This document shows positions 9,584-16,681 of a DNA stretch of 64,000 nt, one piece after another; the first letter of the stretch is position 1; every line of letters begins with the position of its first letter. The position numbers were made by a program, and so were the translations under genes. The stretch lies in the NCBI GenBank assembly GCA_947570215.1, contig CANOTO010000001.1, positions 164,104 through 228,103 on the forward strand, read 5' to 3'. Under the pieces are notes generated by a model. It searched no databases. It was not told where the DNA came from and worked only from the letters and a program-made list of their open reading frames with translations. Source of the DNA: an uncultured Clostridia bacterium. Lineage in GTDB: Bacteria > Bacillota > Clostridia > Christensenellales > CAG-314.

Positions 9584-10039
9584 TCATTTAATTACAACTG
9601 TAACAGACACAATTTGTTCGCCTATATATTGACCGCGATAATATACTACCTGTCGATAAACACCTTTTTCGCATATAGATCCCAATAGCGCATCTTTGGG
9701 ACCGTTTTCCTTCCATATCGAACTATATATATACCTGCTATCATCCATCCATCTATAATAATTTCCACCAGAATAATAGGCTCTAAACCAAACTCTCCCT
9801 ATAGGTATATGTTCATTTCCGTCATACTCTATTTCCATATACGCTTCTGTTTCTCCGTTCTGCAAAACTATCGCCGTTTCTTGATCAACAAAAAAGCCAT
9901 AACCTGCTTTCCGATATGCTTGTGCAATTTTAATTTCGCCAGTTAATGTACAATACTTAGTACAGCTTGCAAATAACGCGCACAGACTCAGCACGCAGAC
10001 GCTCAAAATAATCGCACATATTCTATAGAATTTCTTCAT
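9584..10039 (-). CDS. Small lipoprotein, unknown function
   Basis: Start set at ATG 10039 (MKKFYRICAIILSV) behind GGAGAA. Lipobox LFASC. Tyr/Gly-rich beta-type sequence. Confidence 0.6.
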   Translation of the reverse strand: MKKFYRICAIILSVCVLSLCALFASCTKYCTLTGEIKIAQAYRKAGYGFFVDQETAIVLQNGETEAYMEIEYDGNEHIPIGRVWFRAYYSGGNYYRWMDDSRYIYSSIWKENGPKDALLGSICEKGVYRQVVYYRGQYIGEQIVSVTVVIK

Positions 10040-10277
10040 TGATTTCTCCAATTACTAACATCTTTAATACTTATTATACACTAAAAATAAAACCATTGTT
10101 AACATTTTAAGAAATAATTAAGAATTATTGCACAATACTGTAGCTATGCGATTGCAAAAAAAGTAGGTTATATTGAAAAATTGTAGATTTTTGTAAATAA
10201 TTGTGGCTTCGAGTTAACAAAACTCGAATAATGCTACTATTTGTATACGTTAGCGAATTTCAAAGGAGAGCTTGTAT

Positions 10278-10601
10278 ATGAATAGTATAGACAGCTATGC
10301 TTTAAGACTTGGAATAGCGCCGTGTATATCCGGATACAAGAAGTTTACGGAAGCGGTAAATATGTACTTACATACCGATGGAATGCCGACACTTAAAAAC
10401 ATATGCGAACAGATAGGAGAAAAATATTTGTTGAGCGGAAAAGCGGTATTTAGAGCTATAGACTACGCCATAAAAACGGCGAAAGACTTAAACAAAAATC
10501 TTTCGGAGCTTACGGGGATAAAAGTATACGAAGAAGATATACGCCCGAAATACGTAATATATTTAGTGGTTCAATGTATTAAACAAGAATTGGAAGATTA
10601 A
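10278..10601 (+). CDS. Stand-alone Spo0A C-terminal (DNA-binding) domain-like protein, no receiver domain
   Basis: ATG 10278 lies 9 nt after AGGAGAG. LGIAPCISGYKKFTEAVNMY...LKNICEQIGEKY...SGKAVFRAIDYAIKTA parallels the Spo0A effector-domain pattern (G-x-P-x-x-I-K-G-Y...REAI...Y..IA......VERAIRHAI). Confidence 0.55.
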   Translation: MNSIDSYALRLGIAPCISGYKKFTEAVNMYLHTDGMPTLKNICEQIGEKYLLSGKAVFRAIDYAIKTAKDLNKNLSELTGIKVYEEDIRPKYVIYLVVQCIKQELED

Positions 10602-10626
10602 ATAACTTTTACTCAAACAAAGTCAA

Positions 10627-10652
10627 GGACGAAAACCGACATGTTTTCGTCC
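10627..10652 (+). terminator. Rho-independent terminator
   Basis: ggacgaaaac-cgacat-gttttcgtcc followed by cgcttttctattgtctttt. Confidence 0.7.
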
Positions 10653-10683
10653 CGCTTTTCTATTGTCTTTTATTATATATAGA

Positions 10684-10722
10684 ACGGGACTGACGCACTC
10701 TCATATCGGCGCGTCGTCCCGT
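10684..10722 (-). terminator. Terminator-like hairpin after pepF
   Basis: acgggac(t)gacgc...gcgtcgtcccgt: a ~12-bp stem with one bulge and a weak U-tract. Confidence 0.4.
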
Positions 10723-10733
10723 CCGTATTAAAA

Positions 10734-12518
10734 TTATTTGCAAATCTTTTCCAATTCGGCAAGCGTATCTTCAAATGACTTGGTAACTATTTTGAACGGT
10801 TCTTCGCTCGTAAGGTCTACGCCCGCGACCTTTAATTCCGATACGGGGTCAATCGATCCGCCCAACGACAGGAATTTTTTGTAGTTTTTGACGGCAGGTT
10901 CGCCTTCCTTCAAAATCTTTTCCGCAAGACACACCGCGGATATTATGCCTGTTGCATACTTGTACACGTAAAATGCGCGGTAGAAATGCGGTATACGAGC
11001 CCATTCGTACTTGATTTCGTCGTTATGCGTAACCGCTTCGCCGTAGTACATTTTGTTAAGTTCCAAATACTTGGCGCTCAGCGCTTCCGCAGTCATAGGC
11101 TCGCCCCTTTCCACCAGGTCGTGCGAAATCTGTTCGAATTCGGCAAACATAGCCTGACGGTACATTGTGGTACGCAGCATATCCAAATAATATTGAAGCA
11201 GATACTTTTTGATATTGACGTCTTTTTCCGTTTTTAACAGATACTTCAACAACAGCACTTCGTTACACGTAGAAGCCACTTCCGCAACGAAAATCTTATA
11301 ATCCGCCTTGGCATGCGGCTGTGCAAGCTCGCTGTAATAAGTATGCATAGAGTGACCCATTTCGTGAGCGATGGTAAAAATATCGTGGGTAGTCTTTTGA
11401 TAGTTAAGCAGCATATACGGGTGAACGGTAGGCACTCCCATAGAATAAGCGCCGCTACGCTTGGTGGGTGTTTCGTGAACGTCTATCCAACGGCTGTCAA
11501 ACGCCTTGCGCACTACTTCGAGATAGTCATTGCCAAGCGGAGCCAATCCCTTCATAACGAGTTCGCACGCTTCTTCGTACTCGCAGGAAATGTCCGCGTT
11601 TTCGAATATGGAAACGTACAAATCATACATATTAAGCGTTTCCACACCCATCAGCTTCTTACGCAAGGCAACGTACTTGTGCAGGGGCGCAAAGCTCGAA
11701 TGCATACACTTGATAAGATTGTCGTACACCGCCTTATCTACCTGTTCGTAGAATAACGCCTGTTCCATTGTGCTGTTGAACTTCTTGGCTTGCGCATAAA
11801 ACCAGTCCGCCTTGACGCTTCCTTCGTATAGACCCGCAAGCGTGTTAATCTTCTCTATATACGACTTATAGTACGTTTCGAAAGCTGTCTTACGAACCTT
11901 TTGGTCCTTGTGCTGCAACAGCATAGAATACGCGCCGTGCCCCAACTGCACTTCTTTACCGTCTACGGTAATCTTGCCGAACTTGATATCGCCGCTGTCC
12001 AAACGGTTGAATACTTCGTGGAACTGGTCTGAAAACGCGCCGACATTGGCAAGAAGTTTTTCTTCCGCGTGCGACAGAATATGCGCTTTGCCTTCCAAAA
12101 GTTTTTTCAGCTGAACGTCATAGTCGGAAAATTCGGGGTCGGCAATAAGTTTTTTAAGCTGCTCATCGGGCAAAGCGGAAATTTCGGGAGAAACAAACGC
12201 CGTAATAGCTCCGCACTCTGTTATAAGTCCGTACACACGGGCGTAACGAGCTTGCTTGTCGGCGTCCTGACTGTCTTCGTTGTAGCTCATAAACGCGTAG
12301 CAATACAGCTTTTCCAACACAATGTCCAATTTGTCGGAAGTCTTAAAAAACTTTAACAGAGTATCTCTGTCGCCAAGCTTGCCTTGATAATCGGAAAGCT
12401 TCTTATATTCCTTGGAAACGTAAGCGAAGTTTTCTTCCCATTCGGCTGTCGACGCGAAAATATCGCCTAAATTCCATTTGTATTTTTCGGGAATTTCACT
12501 TCTGTTTTGATAACTCAT
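10734..12518 (-). CDS. pepF: Oligoendopeptidase F (M3B metallopeptidase)
   Basis: 594 aa. Zinc motif TIAHEMGHSMH. Typical PepF N-terminus (IPEKYKWNLGDIF) and length. Confidence 0.9.
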   Translation of the reverse strand: MSYQNRSEIPEKYKWNLGDIFASTAEWEENFAYVSKEYKKLSDYQGKLGDRDTLLKFFKTSDKLDIVLEKLYCYAFMSYNEDSQDADKQARYARVYGLITECGAITAFVSPEISALPDEQLKKLIADPEFSDYDVQLKKLLEGKAHILSHAEEKLLANVGAFSDQFHEVFNRLDSGDIKFGKITVDGKEVQLGHGAYSMLLQHKDQKVRKTAFETYYKSYIEKINTLAGLYEGSVKADWFYAQAKKFNSTMEQALFYEQVDKAVYDNLIKCMHSSFAPLHKYVALRKKLMGVETLNMYDLYVSIFENADISCEYEEACELVMKGLAPLGNDYLEVVRKAFDSRWIDVHETPTKRSGAYSMGVPTVHPYMLLNYQKTTHDIFTIAHEMGHSMHTYYSELAQPHAKADYKIFVAEVASTCNEVLLLKYLLKTEKDVNIKKYLLQYYLDMLRTTMYRQAMFAEFEQISHDLVERGEPMTAEALSAKYLELNKMYYGEAVTHNDEIKYEWARIPHFYRAFYVYKYATGIISAVCLAEKILKEGEPAVKNYKKFLSLGGSIDPVSELKVAGVDLTSEEPFKIVTKSFEDTLAELEKICK

Positions 12519-12708
12519 AATTTTATCTCCTTACAAAACTTCAATCGGCGGCATACGCTTGCCGAGCCGAAAAAATAACGCAAACGGCTTTTAACCGTTG
12601 TTATTTACGTTATATAAATTGATTATAACCCAAACGCTATTCGCCGTCAAGCAGGCAGAGCCCTTTGCCGATGCGTTAAGATACGGCACCGCTTCGGTAA
12701 TATACGGC

Positions 12709-14673
12709 TTAACTCAATTCGAACATACCTGTATAAAGCTGATAGTACTTACCCTTTTGCTTGATAAGGTCGTCGTGACTGCCGCGTTCGATAATCCGCC
12801 CGTGCTCAAGCACCATTATTGCGTTGCTGTTGCGTACCGTCGACAAACGGTGAGCGATTACAAACGTGGTACGTCCCTGCATAAGTCGATCCATACCCTT
12901 TTCTATAAGCCACTCGGTGCGGGTATCTATGCTGCTTGTAGCTTCGTCCAAAATAAGTACGGGCGGATCGGCTACTGCCGCGCGGGCTATTGCCAACAAC
13001 TGACGCTGTCCCTGCGAAAGGTTTTCGCCGTCGCGAGTCAACAAAGTGTTATAACCTTCGGGCAAATGCTTTATAAACTGATGCGCATTGGCGGACTTTG
13101 CCGCGGCAATACACTCGTCGTCCGTTGCGTCTAAGCGTCCGTAGCGGATGTTGTCCATTACAGTGCCCGTAAACAGGTGCGTATCCTGTAAAACCATTGC
13201 AAGAGATTTGCGCAAATCCGCCTTTTTAATTTTATTGATATTGATACCGTCGTAGCGTATCTTGCCGTCTGGCACGTCGTAAAAACGGTTTATTAGGTTG
13301 GTTATCGTGGTTTTTCCCGCGCCGGTCGAGCCTACGAAGGCAATTTTCTGCCCCGGCTTGGCAAAAAGCGAAACGTCTTGCAGGACGGTTTTGTTCTCTT
13401 CGTATCCGAACGTTACTTCTTCGAAACGAACGTCGCCTTTAAGCTCGGTATAAGTGATTTCCCCCGTTTCGTGATGTGGATGCTTCCACGCCCAACGCCC
13501 AGTGCGCATTTGACTTTCTGTAATGTTTCCCTGCCCGTCGATATCGGCGTTTACAAGCGTTACGTATCCGTCGTCTACTTCCACGGGAGTATCCAACAGC
13601 TCGAAAACGCGTTCGCCGCCGGCAAGCGCCATAAACACCAAGTTTATTTGTTGAGCAATTTGCTGAATGGGGTTGGTGATGTTACGGATATACATTAGGA
13701 AGGTCGCAATTATACCTACGAAACCCAACGGCTCGTTGGAAGAAATCGCTATAAACGCACCGGAGATAGCTATAGCGGCATAAAAGAAGTGCGACACGTT
13801 GTTCATTATGGGACCCATTATGTTAGCGTAACCGTTGGCTTTGCCGGACACTTCCTGCCAATGCGAATTTATAACGTCAAACGCAGAAACGGCGGCTTGT
13901 TCGTGATTGAAAGCTTTGACGACCTTTTGCCCTTCCACCAATTCTTCTATATAACCGTTAAGCTTGCCAACCGCCTGTTGCTGCGCTACAAAGTTCTTTT
14001 GCGACTTGCCGCCGATAAACTTGACGATAACAAGCATAACGACGAGCATACACACCATAATAAGAGCAAGAATCCAGTTGAGCACGAACATCATTGTGAA
14101 AACGCCCAATATTGTCATAACGCTGCTTATCATTTGCGGAATGCACCGAGCGATAAATTCGTTCATAACGTCGACGTCGTTGGTAAAGCGCGTCATCAAT
14201 TCGCCGTGCGTAGTCGTATCGAATACCTTAATGGGCAGCTTCTGCATATGACTGAACAGCTCGTTACGCATAGTCGTCATAGTCGTGGTAGAAATAGATA
14301 CCAGCAAACGGTTGCACACATAATTGGCAAGCAAGCTCAAGACGTAAACAGCCGCTATGGTACAGACCAATATAGTTAAATATTGTATTTTACCCGCAAC
14401 GCCTTGGAACACCAACGCGTCTAACTGCGCGATACCCGTAAGCACCAAATCGTCCGACGGCTTGACTGCGGCAAGCCCGTTAAGCAACGGCGCGAGAATA
14501 GCCGTCCCCGCTATATTACTGAAAGCCGATATCAATATACCTATGATTGCCAATGCCATTTTACCGCGGTGCGGCTTGAGATACTTGATAAGACGGAACA
14601 TTGTTCCCTTGATATTTTTAGGCTTTTGCGCATCAATTCCGCGCTTTCCCATAAGTTTAGGCATTGCTTTCAC
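12709..14673 (-). CDS. ABC exporter, fused permease/ATPase half-transporter (second subunit of a heterodimer)
   Basis: 654 aa. Six-TM exporter domain, then Walker A GSTGAGKTT, signature LSQGQRQL and Walker B LILDEATS. Confidence 0.9.
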   Translation of the reverse strand: MKAMPKLMGKRGIDAQKPKNIKGTMFRLIKYLKPHRGKMALAIIGILISAFSNIAGTAILAPLLNGLAAVKPSDDLVLTGIAQLDALVFQGVAGKIQYLTILVCTIAAVYVLSLLANYVCNRLLVSISTTTMTTMRNELFSHMQKLPIKVFDTTTHGELMTRFTNDVDVMNEFIARCIPQMISSVMTILGVFTMMFVLNWILALIMVCMLVVMLVIVKFIGGKSQKNFVAQQQAVGKLNGYIEELVEGQKVVKAFNHEQAAVSAFDVINSHWQEVSGKANGYANIMGPIMNNVSHFFYAAIAISGAFIAISSNEPLGFVGIIATFLMYIRNITNPIQQIAQQINLVFMALAGGERVFELLDTPVEVDDGYVTLVNADIDGQGNITESQMRTGRWAWKHPHHETGEITYTELKGDVRFEEVTFGYEENKTVLQDVSLFAKPGQKIAFVGSTGAGKTTITNLINRFYDVPDGKIRYDGININKIKKADLRKSLAMVLQDTHLFTGTVMDNIRYGRLDATDDECIAAAKSANAHQFIKHLPEGYNTLLTRDGENLSQGQRQLLAIARAAVADPPVLILDEATSSIDTRTEWLIEKGMDRLMQGRTTFVIAHRLSTVRNSNAIMVLEHGRIIERGSHDDLIKQKGKYYQLYTGMFELS

Positions 14674-16498
14674 CCCCTTGCTCGGCGGCGGCTTTTTGCT
14701 GAGAATTGTAAACTTCCTGATAAATAGAACAGGTTTCGAGCAGTTGCTCGTGCGTACCTACGGCATTGATTTTACCGTCGTCCAGCACTACTATTTTGTC
14801 GCAATTTTCCACCGAAGAAATACGCTGCGCAATAATTATCGTAGTCATATCTTTCGCCGTTTCTTTAAGTCCCTGACGTATGCTCGCGTCCGTAGCCGTA
14901 TCAACCGCGCTTGTGGAATCGTCCAAAATCATTATCTTGGGCTTTTTGAGCAACGCGCGCGCGATACACAAGCGCTGCTTCTGTCCGCCGGAAACATTTA
15001 CGCCGCCCTGTCCCAAATCCGTTTCGTAGCCGTCCGGGAAGGACATTATAAAGTCGTGCGCGCAAGCCGCCCTACAGGCTCTCTCTATCTCTTCCTGCGT
15101 GGCGTCCTTGTTGCCCCACAGAAGATTCTCGCGAATAGTGCCGCTGAACAATACGTTCTTTTGCAGTACCATGGATACTCCTTCGCGGAGATTGTACAGC
15201 GAATAATCGCGAACATTGGTACCGTCCACAAGCACTTCTCCGTCCAAAACATCGTAAAAACGCGGAATAAGCTGCACCAAACTGGTTTTGCCGTCGCCCG
15301 TGCCGCCGATGACTCCTACCGTTTCGCCCGACTTAATACTGAGATTGATACCTTCGAGAGTTAAATTGTCGGCGTTGTTGGAATAGGAGAAATTGACGTT
15401 TACAAAATCTATCGCGCCGCTTTCCACCAATTTGTCGCTGTCGCCGTCAATGATATCGGGCGTTGTTTCCAACACTTCGTACAAACGGTCTATGCTGGCT
15501 CTGCTCATTACAAGCTGTACCGCTATGAAGCAAATCATCATAACGGACATAAGTATCTGCGTACAGTAGTTCATCATTGCAGACAGCGTTCCCGCTTGAA
15601 TACGTCCGTTGGCGATGTCCGTACCTCCGATAACAAGCAACGCAATAATTGCGCCGTACATAATGACGGACACAAGCGGATTCATCAGCACCATCAGCTT
15701 TTCCGCCTTTAACTGCGATTTGCGCACTTCTTCCGTTTGCTCGCGGTACTTAGCTTCTTCGTAATCTTCGCGAACGAACGCCTTGACTACGCGAATTGCA
15801 ACCAAGTCTTCCTGAACGTCCGCGTTCATCTTATCGTACTTTTTTAGCATCTGCTTGAACAGCGGATGAACCCTTGTAGCAAGGAAGCCCATAACCAGAC
15901 CCAATAGCGGCACGGCAACCAAGAATATCCAAGCAAGATTGGGAGAATTGATAATCGCCATTATCGCGGAAAATATCAACATTGCAGGCGCGCGGATAAC
16001 CGTGCGGATAATCATCATAAATGATTGCTGCGCATTGTTCACGTCCGTAGTGGAACGTGTAACAAGACTGGCGGTAGAAAACTTGTCCACGTTTGCAAAT
16101 GAAAAATCCTGTATTTTAGCAAACAGGTTCGCGCGCATATTCTTAGAAAAACCCGCTCCTGCGGTCGCCGCAAGTCTACCGGCAAACGTGCCGAAAGTCA
16201 ACGACAGTACCGCGGATATTATCATAAGCACTCCGTACGTAATTACGGTATTGGTAAGAACGTCGGACGCAATCGAGCTTCCAACGTTAAGAGTTACGAT
16301 TTTGAACGCAGACCAATCGAGATAAATCAGCTTATCTTTGAGTAATTCGCCCTGCGAATACAGCTGCATAGTGTTGAGTATCGTGGACATTAGCAACGGA
16401 AGCACTACTTCCAATGCCGTTTCCAGCAATACCAGCAGCACCGTAAGCACGGATTGTTTCTCGTAACCTTTCGCTCCTTTTAACAGTTTTCTTATCAT
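14657..16498 (-). CDS. ABC exporter, fused permease/ATPase half-transporter (first subunit)
   Basis: 613 aa. Walker A GGTGDGKTS, signature VSGGQKQR and Walker B MILDDSTS. Overlaps the partner gene by 17 nt. Confidence 0.9.
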   Translation of the reverse strand: MIRKLLKGAKGYEKQSVLTVLLVLLETALEVVLPLLMSTILNTMQLYSQGELLKDKLIYLDWSAFKIVTLNVGSSIASDVLTNTVITYGVLMIISAVLSLTFGTFAGRLAATAGAGFSKNMRANLFAKIQDFSFANVDKFSTASLVTRSTTDVNNAQQSFMMIIRTVIRAPAMLIFSAIMAIINSPNLAWIFLVAVPLLGLVMGFLATRVHPLFKQMLKKYDKMNADVQEDLVAIRVVKAFVREDYEEAKYREQTEEVRKSQLKAEKLMVLMNPLVSVIMYGAIIALLVIGGTDIANGRIQAGTLSAMMNYCTQILMSVMMICFIAVQLVMSRASIDRLYEVLETTPDIIDGDSDKLVESGAIDFVNVNFSYSNNADNLTLEGINLSIKSGETVGVIGGTGDGKTSLVQLIPRFYDVLDGEVLVDGTNVRDYSLYNLREGVSMVLQKNVLFSGTIRENLLWGNKDATQEEIERACRAACAHDFIMSFPDGYETDLGQGGVNVSGGQKQRLCIARALLKKPKIMILDDSTSAVDTATDASIRQGLKETAKDMTTIIIAQRISSVENCDKIVVLDDGKINAVGTHEQLLETCSIYQEVYNSQQKAAAEQGGESNA

Positions 16499-16617
16499 AT
16501 TATTACCTAAAATCTTTTCTATCTTAAATTATACAAGTTATTATATACTATTATTAATTTAATGGAAACTGAATTGCGCGGTAGTATCGGACTTTTTTTG
16601 TCGTAAATAAAATATAA

Positions 16618-16653
16618 ACGCTTGGCGGACACGTAATACTGTCCGCCAAGCGT
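16618..16653 (-). terminator. Rho-independent terminator after the ABC/FtsX gene
   Basis: acgcttggcggac-N10-gtccgccaagcgt (13-bp stem), followed on the minus strand by ttatattttattt. Confidence 0.65.
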
Positions 16654-16681
16654 CAGACCGAATAAAAAGCTTAGGTGATAA

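Noticed and set aside
5024-10733. Mobile-element boundaries (att-like direct repeats, integrase, tRNA) around the AT-rich cassette
   Set aside because: I compared both flanks by eye and found no repeat of 12 nt or longer, and no recombinase or tRNA gene. It is therefore not called a mobile element.
14357-15364. 335-aa plus-strand ORF across the junction of the two ABC exporter genes
   Set aside because: It is antisense to two well-supported ABC genes, with low-complexity Arg-rich translation. I treat it as a shadow ORF. The same reasoning applies to 13789-14379 and 12598-13134.
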